The notes under the pieces: generated by a model
The model's database searches: none
Seen by the model: the letters and a program-made list of their open reading frames with translations, nothing else
What the model was told of the DNA's origin: nothing
In this document: positions 18,944-28,036 of the stretch, piece after piece
Numbering within the stretch: the stretch's first letter is position 1
Layout of the letters: each line of letters begins with the position of its first letter
Assembly (NCBI GenBank): GCA_963797545.1
Contig: CAWCPU010000010.1
Location: 61,732 to 125,731, forward strand
Origin: an uncultured delta proteobacterium
GTDB taxonomy: Bacteria; Desulfobacterota; Binatia; UTPRO1
Length of the DNA stretch: 64,000 bases
Direction: 5' to 3'
Program-made: the position numbers and the translations under genes

Positions 18944-20067
18944 AGAAAGCGGCCCTCCTGGTGGAGGACAATACGTCGCACGCGGAGCTCGTCTGCGACG
19001 AGCTGGAGACCGTGCTGCAGGGATGGACGCTCGACGTCTCACCGACGTTGGCGGAGGCGCGGCGGAAGATGGCGGCGCGGCGCTACGACCTCTTCGTCTT
19101 CGACTTCCGGCTGCCGGACGGCGACGGGATCGAGTTGCTGCGCGAGGTGCGCGCCGCGGGCGTCGAGACGCCGACACTGTTCGTCACGACGGCGTCGTCG
19201 GCGAAGCTGGCGGTCGACGCGATGAAGCACGGCGCCGACGACTACCTCGTGAAGGAGGAAGGGTATCTCGCGATCCTTCCCTATCTCGTGCAGGAGGTCC
19301 TCGGACGGCGTCGTCTGGCCGAAGAGCGGCACGTTCTCGAGGAACGGCTCCAGCGCGCCGAGCGCGCCGCGACCCTCGGCTATCTCGCCTCCGGTCTCGC
19401 GCACCACATCAACAATCCGCTGGCGACGATACGGACGTTCCTGCAGCTGCTGCCGACCCACATGAACGACCCCGAGTTCTGCACGACGTACCTCGAGACG
19501 GCCCTTGCCGAGAGCGAGCGCATTCGGGATCTGGTGAAGGACATCATGCGGGCGGCGACGGTGCCGGTCGAAGGCCACGAGGTGCAGAACCTCGACGAGA
19601 TCCTGACGCGTGCCGAGGAGGGGGTGGCGAGCGCACTGAAGGCGAAGGGTCTCGTGTACCGCAAAGCCGTGCCGTCCGATGCGCCGGCTGTCCGCGTGCA
19701 CGGTGAGGCGGCGACCTGTTTGTTCTTGACGCTGCTGCAGAACGCGGTGCGATTCTCACCGGAAGGCGCGGAGATCGAGGTGCGCGCGAACGTCGACGAG
19801 AACGCCGGCCGCCTGGTCACGATCGTGCGCGATCACGGCCCCGGTATTCCTCCGGAGCATCGCGAAAAGATCTTCGAGCCGTTCTTCACGACCGCGGTCG
19901 ACGGCCTCGGGATGGGGCTGTTCGTCGCGTCGCGCATCGCCGACCTCCAGGACATCGAGCTCAGCTTCGAGAACGTCGAGCCGAACGGTGCGGCGTTCCG
20001 TGTCGGTCTGCCGCTCGCCCGTTCGGCGCCTGCGATGCAGTCGATCGGAGCCGCGGCGGAGATCTGA
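18940..20067 (+). CDS. Hybrid REC-HisKA-HATPase protein
   Basis: LLVEDN, FVFDFRLPDGDG, GADDYLVKE; H-box LAHHINNPL, NAVRF, DHGPGIP, FEPFFTT, GLGMGL; ATGA overlap with the upstream kinase. Confidence 0.92.
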   Translation: MKKAALLVEDNTSHAELVCDELETVLQGWTLDVSPTLAEARRKMAARRYDLFVFDFRLPDGDGIELLREVRAAGVETPTLFVTTASSAKLAVDAMKHGADDYLVKEEGYLAILPYLVQEVLGRRRLAEERHVLEERLQRAERAATLGYLASGLAHHINNPLATIRTFLQLLPTHMNDPEFCTTYLETALAESERIRDLVKDIMRAATVPVEGHEVQNLDEILTRAEEGVASALKAKGLVYRKAVPSDAPAVRVHGEAATCLFLTLLQNAVRFSPEGAEIEVRANVDENAGRLVTIVRDHGPGIPPEHREKIFEPFFTTAVDGLGMGLFVASRIADLQDIELSFENVEPNGAAFRVGLPLARSAPAMQSIGAAAEI

Positions 20068-20133
20068 CGCGGTCCCCTTGACCGGCCGCGCGGGGGTGTG
20101 CGACTAGCCGCGCGGTCGCAGCGTGTCAGGCTT

Positions 20134-20571
20134 TCAGCGCTCGATGATCAGCGTCACGGGACCGTCGTTGACGAGGCGTACTTGCATGTCGGCGCCGAAG
20201 CGGCCGGTCGCGACCGGCCCGACCTGCTCGGCGAGGAGCGCGACGAAGCGCTCGAAGAGCGGTGCGGCTTCGCTGGACGGCATCGCGCCGGCGAACGACG
20301 GACGGCGCCCCTTGGTCGCGTCGCCCAGCAGCGTGAACTGCGACACTGCGAGCACGCGACCCTGCACCTCGGCGAGCGCTGCGTTCATCAACCCCTCGGC
20401 GTCGGTGAAGATGCGGAGTCCGGCGATCTTCCGAGCCATCCACACCGCCTCGGTCTCGGTATCGCCCGACGCGATGCCGGCGAGCACGACCAGCCCGCGT
20501 CCGATCTCGGCGATCACCTGGTCCTCGACGACCACCTGCGCTTCGGCGACACGTTGCACGACGACTCGCAT
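20134..20571 (-). CDS. dtd: D-aminoacyl-tRNA deacylase
   Basis: MRVVVQRV, SQFTL, KGRRPSF, GRFGADMQVRLVNDGPVT. Confidence 0.94.
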   Translation of the reverse strand: MRVVVQRVAEAQVVVEDQVIAEIGRGLVVLAGIASGDTETEAVWMARKIAGLRIFTDAEGLMNAALAEVQGRVLAVSQFTLLGDATKGRRPSFAGAMPSSEAAPLFERFVALLAEQVGPVATGRFGADMQVRLVNDGPVTLIIER

Positions 20572-20640
20572 CTCCGTCCTCCCGCAGCCGGCGGCGGCAC
20601 GAAGCCGACGACGGTCGCGCCATCGATGAAGGCGACGCCA

Positions 20641-21045
20641 ATGATCATCACGATCGCGAGCACGCGCCACAAGGAATGCCTCGAGATCACCGAGCGCGTC
20701 CGTGCGATCGTGCGCGCCTCGGGCGTGACGCGAGGTCTCTGTCACGTGATGGCGCTCCATGCCACGGCCGCGATCGTCGTCAACGAGAACGACGATCCGA
20801 ACATCGGCCGCGACCTCGTGGCGGCGCTCGACGGCGCGATTCCCGACCACGCGGGGTGGTTGCACGACGCCATCGACGGCAACGCGCAGGCGCACATCAA
20901 GGCGGCGATCCTCGGGCCGTCGGAGACGGTGCCGATCGCCGACGGCGATCTCGCGCTCGGCCGGTGGCAAGGCATCATGCTGGTCGAGCTCGATGGCCCA
21001 CGCGCAGAGCGCCGCATCCTGGTGACCGTGGTCCCGAGCGATTGA
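20641..21045 (+). CDS. YjbQ / secondary thiamine-phosphate synthase family protein
   Basis: HATAAIVVNENDDPN, GNAQAHIKAAILG, LALGRWQGIMLVELDGPR. Confidence 0.88.
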   Translation: MIITIASTRHKECLEITERVRAIVRASGVTRGLCHVMALHATAAIVVNENDDPNIGRDLVAALDGAIPDHAGWLHDAIDGNAQAHIKAAILGPSETVPIADGDLALGRWQGIMLVELDGPRAERRILVTVVPSD

Positions 21046-21055
21046 CGCGCTTCGC

Positions 21056-22507
21056 ATGCGCAGGCAGGCGTCTCGCGTCGGAACCGTGGCTCGCTGCTTC
21101 GCCGGCGCGCTCATGGTCTGCGGAATCGCCTCGAACGCGGCGGCGCTCGACGCCACGATCGGCGGCGTCCCGCTTGGCGTCGGCGGCTCCGTCGAGGGGC
21201 TCGGCGTCATTCCGGTCGATCGGGACACGCGGCGCCAGCGGCCGGAGCTGACGCTCCGGCTCGCCGGCCACGCGGAGCCGCTGCGCAACCTGCGCCTCGT
21301 GATCTCGACCACCGGGCTCGTCGGCGGCACTCCCGAAGGCGCCGACGGTGCCGGCGTCTTCGACCTCGAGCGCGCGATCCAGAATCGCTCGCCGAGTCTC
21401 GAGTTCGAGGAGGCGTACGGCGATTGGCATCGCGCCGCGCTCGACGTTCGCGTCGGCAAGCAGAAGTTCGCGTGGGGCAAGCTCGACGTGCTCCAGCCGA
21501 ACGACTGGCTGAACCCCGAGAAGTACTACGACCCGCTGCTCGCCGACGAGGACGAGCGGAAGATCGGTGTCCCGGCGGTTGCGGTGTCGTGGTCGTTCGC
21601 CAGCAGCCGCCTCGTCTCGGACCCGCGGGCGACCGCGGTGTGGGTGCCGATCCACGTGCCGTTCCGGTTTCCGCAGCGGCGCGAGCGCTGGTTTCCGCCG
21701 CTTGCGATCCCGCCACGCACGTTTCGCAACGAGGGATTGATCCCGCTGCGCCTCACCGTCGAGAACGGCGACGGGTCGCCACGCGGGCTCGACGACGGCA
21801 ACGTGGCGCTGCGGCTCTCCGGGATCAGCGCCGACGTCGACTGGGCGCTGTACTACTTCGACGGATTCGATCCTCTGCCGCTCCTCGACGTTCACGGCCG
21901 CGCCGGCGGCGCCGAGCTCGAGGTCGTCGAGACGCCGGCGTTCCGCCGTTTCCGCGCCGGCGGCGCCGACCTCGCGTGGGCGATCGGCGGCCTCTCGCTG
22001 CGCGCCGAGGTTTCGTACCAGGCGCGCCGAGCATTCTTGCGCAACATCAAGCGCGACCTGTCCGACCGTGGCGACATCCCGGACGACGTCTTCGAGTTCC
22101 TCCGCCGATTCATCGTCGGCGAGACCACGCCGGCGTTCGTCGAGCGGGACGCCGTGCAGTGGGGCGTCGGCGTCGACTATGCGATCGCGGGATGGCTGCC
22201 GGTCGCGGAGGTCGTCCAGACGCGGGTGCTTGCGAACGACCGCCGCCTGGTGATCGAAAACGTGGAGACGCAGCTCGTCGGTATTCTTCGCAAGCGCCTC
22301 CTCGACGATCGTCTCGATGCACGGCTCGCGGCGATCTACGGAGTCGAGGGACGCTACTTCGTGCTGACGCCGCGGATCACCTACAGCGTGCGCGACGACG
22401 TTGCGCTGACCGCGGGGTACCTCGCGATCGGGGGCTCGCGCCAGTCCTTGCTCGGACAGTTCGCCGAGAACGACGAGGTGTTCCTGTCGCTGCGCTTCAG
22501 CTTCTGA
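21056..22507 (+). CDS. Putative outer-membrane beta-barrel, DUF1302-like
   Basis: Signal peptide; VGKQKFAWGKLDVLQPNDWLNP motif; C-terminal LSLRFSF ending in Phe. Confidence 0.65.
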   Translation: MRRQASRVGTVARCFAGALMVCGIASNAAALDATIGGVPLGVGGSVEGLGVIPVDRDTRRQRPELTLRLAGHAEPLRNLRLVISTTGLVGGTPEGADGAGVFDLERAIQNRSPSLEFEEAYGDWHRAALDVRVGKQKFAWGKLDVLQPNDWLNPEKYYDPLLADEDERKIGVPAVAVSWSFASSRLVSDPRATAVWVPIHVPFRFPQRRERWFPPLAIPPRTFRNEGLIPLRLTVENGDGSPRGLDDGNVALRLSGISADVDWALYYFDGFDPLPLLDVHGRAGGAELEVVETPAFRRFRAGGADLAWAIGGLSLRAEVSYQARRAFLRNIKRDLSDRGDIPDDVFEFLRRFIVGETTPAFVERDAVQWGVGVDYAIAGWLPVAEVVQTRVLANDRRLVIENVETQLVGILRKRLLDDRLDARLAAIYGVEGRYFVLTPRITYSVRDDVALTAGYLAIGGSRQSLLGQFAENDEVFLSLRFSF

Positions 22508-22563
22508 GGCCCGGGTTCGGCGGTGGGCTTTCGCGGCGCGGTTTTGTAAAGACGCGAGGGTTC

Positions 22564-23472
22564 ATGAGCGTCGTCGCGCGGATCGCCGGGATGATCGTCG
22601 AGCGTCCGTACGTGTTCGTGTTCTTCGGCATCTATCTCCTCCTCGCGGTCACGCGTCTCGGGTGGCGGCGAACCGCGCTCTTCACGGTGATCGCGTACGT
22701 CGTGGCGTTCTCCGCCGAGTTCTCCTCGACGCGGAACGGCTTTCCGTTCGGGCTCTACCGCTACATCGAGACGACGCGCGCGCGGGAGATCTGGATCGGC
22801 AACGTGCCGTTCTGGGACTCGCTGTCGTTCACGTTTCTCTGCTACCTGGGCTGGCGGCTCGCGGTGCTGCTGTACGCGCCGCTGGTGATCGAGGCGCGCG
22901 ACGTGCAAGTCGCCGAGACCCGCGCGCTCGCGACCTCGTGGCGGGTCTGCCTCACCGGCGCCATGTTGATGACGCTGCTCGACGTCGTGATCGATCCGCT
23001 CTCGCTTCGCGGCGACCGCTGGTTTCTCGGGCAGGTCTACTATTACCCGAACGGCGGCCTCTACTTCGGCGTGCCGCTCAGCAACTTCGCCGGCTGGTTT
23101 CTCGTCGGCGCGACGACGATCGGACTCTACCAGTCGTGCGAGCGCGCGAAGCCGTGGCGCGGTGGCGGCCGCGGCGTCCGGCACGTTCGCTTCGGCGCCT
23201 TGCTCGAGCCGCTCCTCTATCTCGGCGTTCTCTCGTTCAACGTCGCGCTCACGTTCGCGATCGGCGAGCGCCTCCTCGGAACGATCGCGATCCTCCTCTA
23301 CGTGCCGGTCGTCGCGCTCTTCGTGCCGCATTTCTTGAATTCGCAGCGGCGCGCCACCCGTGACGACGTCGCCGCCCATCTGCGCGACTATCCGGTCTCA
23401 CCGCTCGCGAGCTTGCCGACGAGCGCGAGCGCGACGCGGCGGACGCCGCCGGTCGCCGCCGATTCCAGTTGA
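22564..23472 (+). CDS. Carotenoid-biosynthesis (CruF/DUF422-like) membrane protein
   Basis: EFSSTRNGFPFGLYRY, NVPFWDSLSF, LDVVIDPL, YFGVPLSNFAGWF. Confidence 0.7.
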   Translation: MSVVARIAGMIVERPYVFVFFGIYLLLAVTRLGWRRTALFTVIAYVVAFSAEFSSTRNGFPFGLYRYIETTRAREIWIGNVPFWDSLSFTFLCYLGWRLAVLLYAPLVIEARDVQVAETRALATSWRVCLTGAMLMTLLDVVIDPLSLRGDRWFLGQVYYYPNGGLYFGVPLSNFAGWFLVGATTIGLYQSCERAKPWRGGGRGVRHVRFGALLEPLLYLGVLSFNVALTFAIGERLLGTIAILLYVPVVALFVPHFLNSQRRATRDDVAAHLRDYPVSPLASLPTSASATRRTPPVAADSS

Positions 23473-24212
23473 TGGGACGCATCGTCGTCGTCACGGCGGT
23501 CCGGGCGGAGACGCGCGCGGTGCTGGCGGCGATGCAGACGCCGCGCCGTCGTCGCGGCGAATCCGTGCCGCGTTGGGAAGGGCGGGGTGGTACGCACGAC
23601 GTTGCCGTCCTCGAGGCGGGCGTCGGTCCCGCGGCCGCGGCTCGCGCCCTCGAGATCGCCGCCGTCGACTGCGATCTCCTCGTCTCCGTCGGCTTCGCCG
23701 GCGCGCTGGTCTCGAGCCTCGCCCCGGGTGATCTGGTCGTCCCGCGTCGCGTGGTGTGGGAGAACGGCTCGGGGACGCGGTGCCTCTACGACGTTCCGGC
23801 GGCGCTCCATGCCGCGATCAGCGCCGCCACGGCGCACGCGCTTCGTGCCGAGGCCGTGGGGACGCTGTTCTCATCGCCGGTGATCGTCGCGACGCCGGTC
23901 GCGAAACGCGCGTTGGCCGAGCGCCACGACGCGGTCGCGGTCGAGATGGAGGCGGGCGCGCTCGCCACATGGGCGCTGGCGCGCGATCGGCCGTTGCTCG
24001 TCGTGCGCGCGATTCTGGACGGAGTCGACCTGTCGCTCGAGACGTTGCCCGCCGACATCGGCACCAGCTGGTCGGCGCGTGCCGGCGTCGTCGTCACACC
24101 GAGCACGTGGCCTCTCTTGTTGGCGTTGCGGCGACACGTCGGGGCGGCGGCGCGCACGTTGCGCGCCGCGGCCGCGGCGGTCTTCAGCGCGTGGGCGCCT
24201 TCAGGTGCGTGA
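23472..24212 (+). CDS. Nucleoside phosphorylase family protein, HpnG-like
   Basis: AGVGPAAA, SVGFAGAL..LAPGDLVV, AVEMEAGA, VVRAILD; TGATG coupling to the upstream gene and adjacent to hpnH. Confidence 0.65.
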   Translation: MGRIVVVTAVRAETRAVLAAMQTPRRRRGESVPRWEGRGGTHDVAVLEAGVGPAAAARALEIAAVDCDLLVSVGFAGALVSSLAPGDLVVPRRVVWENGSGTRCLYDVPAALHAAISAATAHALRAEAVGTLFSSPVIVATPVAKRALAERHDAVAVEMEAGALATWALARDRPLLVVRAILDGVDLSLETLPADIGTSWSARAGVVVTPSTWPLLLALRRHVGAAARTLRAAAAAVFSAWAPSGA

Positions 24213-24248
24213 TCCGATCGCGGCGCACTGCCGCCGCTCCGCTGCAAC

Positions 24249-24277
24249 TTGCCTCGCCGGGTGGCGAACCGTATAGT
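24249..24277 (+). promoter_or_regulatory. sigma70 promoter upstream of hpnH
   Basis: TTGCCT-N17-TATAGT. Confidence 0.55.
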
Positions 24278-24308
24278 TTCGCGCCTCACAGGCGGAGGGG
24301 GGTCGTTC

Positions 24309-25307
24309 ATGCGGTTTCCGGCGCACATCACCAGCGACATGCTCAAATGGCAGGCCAAGAACTGGCTGCAGGGCAAGAAGCGCTATCCGGTCGTGTTGAT
24401 GCTCGAGCCGCTTCACACCTGCAACCTGGCGTGTTTGGGCTGCTCGCCGGAACGCTACAACGGGGACCTGAAGGACCGCCTGTCGCTCGAGGAGTGCTTT
24501 CGCGCGATGGACGACAGCGGTGCGCCGGTGCTGTCGATCTGCGGCGGCGAGCCGACGATCTACCCCGAGCTGAGCGAGCTCATCGCGGGTGCGATCGAGC
24601 GCAAGCGGCACATCTATCTCTGCACGAACGGCATCCTGCTCGATCGCTTCTACAAGAAGAACTCACCGCACTCGCGGCTCTCGATCAACGTCCATCTCGA
24701 CGGCATGGCGAAGACCCACGACTTCATCGTCGATCGCCCCGGGGTGTTCGAGAAGGCGATCGAGATGATCAAGGTCGGAAAGTCGCTCGGCTACAACGTC
24801 TGTACCAACACGACGATCTATCGCGAGACCGACATGGCCGAGATCGAGCAGATGCTCGAGTACCTCGATTCGCTCGGCGTCGACGGCATGCTGCTCTCGC
24901 CCGGGTACCACTACGAGGTGCTGCCCGATCGGCACTTCCTCTATCGCAACGAGGTGAACGACAAGTTCAAGCGCGTCCTCGCGCTCTCCAAGCGCTACCG
25001 CTTCTACTCGACGCCGCTTTTCCTCGAGTTCGCCGCCGGGCTTCGCGACTATCCCTGCACCCCGTGGGGGAACGTCACGCGGACGCCTCAAGGATGGAAA
25101 GGTCCCTGCTACTTGATCGGTGAGAAGTTCTTTCCGACATGGGATGCGTTCTGGAACGGCGTCGACTGGGACTATTGGGAGAGCCGGCAGGATCATCGCT
25201 GCCAGGACTGTTTGATGCACAGCGGTTTCGAGGCGTCCGTCGTTCGCAAGCTCCCCGACAGCGGGCGCGACATCTGGACGATGGCGAAGTGGAACTTCCT
25301 CGGCTGA
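24309..25307 (+). CDS. hpnH: Hopanoid radical SAM protein (adenosyl-hopene transferase)
   Basis: RYPVVLMLEPLHTCNLACLGC, SICGGEP, LCTNG, CTPWGNVTR..GWKGPCYL, CQDCLMHSGFE (DUF3463-type C-terminus). Confidence 0.88.
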   Translation: MRFPAHITSDMLKWQAKNWLQGKKRYPVVLMLEPLHTCNLACLGCSPERYNGDLKDRLSLEECFRAMDDSGAPVLSICGGEPTIYPELSELIAGAIERKRHIYLCTNGILLDRFYKKNSPHSRLSINVHLDGMAKTHDFIVDRPGVFEKAIEMIKVGKSLGYNVCTNTTIYRETDMAEIEQMLEYLDSLGVDGMLLSPGYHYEVLPDRHFLYRNEVNDKFKRVLALSKRYRFYSTPLFLEFAAGLRDYPCTPWGNVTRTPQGWKGPCYLIGEKFFPTWDAFWNGVDWDYWESRQDHRCQDCLMHSGFEASVVRKLPDSGRDIWTMAKWNFLG

Positions 25308-25457
25308 CGCCGGTCCGCTCGTAACGATCAGCTCGCATGGCGTCGGTGCCGCTTTACGGCGCTCCCGGCACAGCGAGCGTCGCGCGCGTGACGGCGCCGG
25401 CACGGCACCGCCGGAGGCGCAGCCGGCGGTCCCGGTTCTGCCTACGCTTTCACAGCC

Positions 25458-26345
25458 GTGGCGTCGGGCATGGCGGTTGCACTTACGCCCGTCGTGGCCA
25501 TCCGGAACGTACTCGCACGCGCGCTCGCGCCGTTCTACGAAGAGGTGATCCGCTCGCCGTCGCTCTGCCTCTCGCTCCTGCGCGCGCACGCGGGCACGAT
25601 GTCGGCGCACGACGACGATGGCATGATCGCGACGCCGGAGTCACCGGTGCTCGTCCTCGGCGGGTTCCTGAGCCATCCCGTCTACTACGCGCCCTTCGCG
25701 CGCATTCTCGCGCGCGGCGGACACACCGTGCATCTCGACGAGGCGATCAACTGTCGCCGCTTCAACTCGCACATCGACCGTTTGTGCCGCCGCGTGGACG
25801 AGATCGTCGACCGCACCGGGAAGCCGCTGCGTGTCGTCGGCCATTCCCTCGGCGGTCTCCAGGCGCTCGCACTGCTCGTGCGGCGGCCCGCCGCGGTCGG
25901 CCAAGTGATCGCGGTCGCGAGCCCGATCAACGGTGGAACGCCATGGCATCCGTTGCAGCGTCTCGTGGAGCGTACGCTGCGCGTCCGTGTACGCGACGCG
26001 CAGTCGCTGCGGCGCCGGATCGCGCCCTATTCTCGTCGCGTCACGACGATCTCCTCGCCCGCGGACTCGATCGCGCCGCCGCGCGTGTGCGCGATTCCGA
26101 ATGCCGGCAACGTCGTGCTGTCGACGGTCACGCGCGCCGACCGGGCGCTTGCGAGCCACACCGGCATGATCCTGATGCCGACGGCATTGCGCGTGATCCG
26201 GCGGCTGTTGCTGCGTCCGTGTAGCGCGCTCGACGCCGTTCAAGCGTGCACCCTGGCCCGCGCGGGGCGCTCGCGGCGGCCCGCCGCGCGACCCGGAGAT
26301 CGCCGTGGCCCACGGCCTCCGACCGCGGCCGGCGATCGCGCATAA
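25458..26345 (+). CDS. Alpha/beta hydrolase (lipase-like)
   Basis: VLVLGGFLS, VVGHSLGG (GxSxG), VASPING, SPADSI, SHTGMI; start uncertain (25458 or 25470). Confidence 0.7.
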   Translation: MASGMAVALTPVVAIRNVLARALAPFYEEVIRSPSLCLSLLRAHAGTMSAHDDDGMIATPESPVLVLGGFLSHPVYYAPFARILARGGHTVHLDEAINCRRFNSHIDRLCRRVDEIVDRTGKPLRVVGHSLGGLQALALLVRRPAAVGQVIAVASPINGGTPWHPLQRLVERTLRVRVRDAQSLRRRIAPYSRRVTTISSPADSIAPPRVCAIPNAGNVVLSTVTRADRALASHTGMILMPTALRVIRRLLLRPCSALDAVQACTLARAGRSRRPAARPGDRRGPRPPTAAGDRA

Positions 26346-26395
26346 CTCTGCGACCCCATGGACGTTTCACGTCCAGCGCAGGCTTCGACCCTGGC

Positions 26396-26424
26396 TTGAC
26401 TCCCCGAGTTCGTTTGGCCACAAT
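26396..26424 (+). promoter_or_regulatory. sigma70 promoter upstream of the PKD lipoprotein
   Basis: TTGACT-N17-CACAAT; GAGGAGG RBS before ATG 26463. Confidence 0.5.
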
Positions 26425-26462
26425 CCGGCGCCGTTTTACCGAACGGGTCGCGAGGAGGACGA

Positions 26463-26903
26463 ATGCGAACTTCGCTCTGGATGACCGTGGGTGCCGTAAC
26501 CGTCGTGTGCGCTGCGTTCGGGTGTACGCGGCACGAGGAGAAGGCGACCCCGGCCGCTAGCGCGACGCCCGCCACGGTGGCGTCTCCCGCCGCCGCAGCG
26601 GCGTCGAGTCCGGCGGCCGCCGAGGCGGATGAGGGCGAAGAGATCTTGATGGTGTGGGCGGAAGCCGAGCCCGAGGAAGGCAAGCCGCCGCTCGCCGTTC
26701 AGCTCAAGGCGGACATCTCCGGTGGGAGCGGTCAACGCACGATCAAGTGGGACTTCGGCGACGGCTCGCCGACCAGCAGCGAAGTGAATCCGACGCATAC
26801 CTACGACAAGCCGGGCACGTACCGTGCCTCGGTCGAGGTGGGAGATTCGACCGGCGACTCGGATTCGGATTACGTCGACATCGAGGTCGGGGGCGGCGAG
26901 TAG
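26463..26903 (+). CDS. PKD-domain lipoprotein
   Basis: Lipobox-like AFGC, Ala-rich linker, WDFGDGSPTSSEVNPTHTYDKPGTYRASVEV. Confidence 0.78.
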   Translation: MRTSLWMTVGAVTVVCAAFGCTRHEEKATPAASATPATVASPAAAAASSPAAAEADEGEEILMVWAEAEPEEGKPPLAVQLKADISGGSGQRTIKWDFGDGSPTSSEVNPTHTYDKPGTYRASVEVGDSTGDSDSDYVDIEVGGGE

Positions 26904-26926
26904 CGTCGGGGGACGCGATCGGCCGC

Positions 26927-28033
26927 TCAGTGGCGCGGCGTGATCGTGAACACGGTCGTGTCGTGTTTCAGGCGCACACCGGTCGGTGTGATCGCTGCGA
27001 TCGTCAGACCGGCCGCCGTATCGCCCTCGCGTACGCGCTGACTCGGACCGCCGTCGATGCTGATGAACGCGAACCGACGGTCGGGGTCCGTCGACCACTG
27101 AAGGAAGCTCAAAGAGACCTTCGGCTGCCCCGTCGGTGACCGGCCGGTATCGATGAACGTCTCGTGTGGCGGCGGCGGGACGTGCTCTTCCGGCTCTTCC
27201 GCCTCGAGGGCAACGTCGGGTTCGCGCGAAGCCACTTCGCCGAGATCCTCGTCAGCGACGTTCGGAGCCGACGATTGTGCTGGCGGCTCTCCGGTGCCCC
27301 GTTCCTCGGTCGGTGCCGGCGCCTGCAGCTCCTCCGGCGCCGCTGCTGCCGGCGCTTGGGCTGCAGCGGGCGCTCCCGCGGACGGCGCGCGATGTGGGCC
27401 GAAGGGTGACGGCTCGAGCGCCGATTCCCTCTCCACGGCTCGTGCGTCGGGTGCGCCGTCGACGCGGACCGCGGGTGCGCGATCCATGGTCGCTTCCGGT
27501 GCACCCGCGACGTGCGTTCCATCGATTGCGGGTCCCGGCACCGGCAGTGCCGGCTTCGCGCTGGCAAGCCGCTCGGGCGCCCCTTCCGCGGCCGCCGCTG
27601 CGGGCGGAGGCTGCGAGACGCCGCCCCCCGGAGGAGCAGCCGGCGCAGCGTTGGCCGCCGTCGCAGTCTGTCGTTCGGGAGCCGCAGCCGGGTGATCGAC
27701 TTTCGAGCGACGCCGCTCTTCGGGCGCGCCCGCGACAGCCCCATGGCGCCGGACGACGTGCGGCGCGGTGCCGACGTCGGGTTGCGACGGCACTTCCGCG
27801 GTCGCGGGTCTCGCCGGAACGGCCGCGATCTCGACGGGCGCCGTGTTTCTCCAGATCGCGAGACCGACACCGGCGGCAAAGCCGAGCACCGCACACGCGC
27901 CGATGACGCCGAGGGAAACCCGTCGCCGCGGCGTCGGCTCGTGCTCGCCGGGCTCGGTGACGTCGAGAAGCGGCCCGCGCGCCGGTTGGCGCTCGCGCTC
28001 CACCTTCTTCAGGGCGTCGAGAATCGTGCTCAC
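26927..28033 (-). CDS. GspB/ExeB-domain protein
   Basis: MSTILDALKKVERER N-terminus, one TM, long Pro/Ala linker, C-terminal QWSTDPDRRFAFISI..VREGD..IAAITPTGV; follows exeA. Confidence 0.75.
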   Translation of the reverse strand: MSTILDALKKVERERQPARGPLLDVTEPGEHEPTPRRRVSLGVIGACAVLGFAAGVGLAIWRNTAPVEIAAVPARPATAEVPSQPDVGTAPHVVRRHGAVAGAPEERRRSKVDHPAAAPERQTATAANAAPAAPPGGGVSQPPPAAAAAEGAPERLASAKPALPVPGPAIDGTHVAGAPEATMDRAPAVRVDGAPDARAVERESALEPSPFGPHRAPSAGAPAAAQAPAAAAPEELQAPAPTEERGTGEPPAQSSAPNVADEDLGEVASREPDVALEAEEPEEHVPPPPHETFIDTGRSPTGQPKVSLSFLQWSTDPDRRFAFISIDGGPSQRVREGDTAAGLTIAAITPTGVRLKHDTTVFTITPRH

Positions 28034-28036
28034 GTG

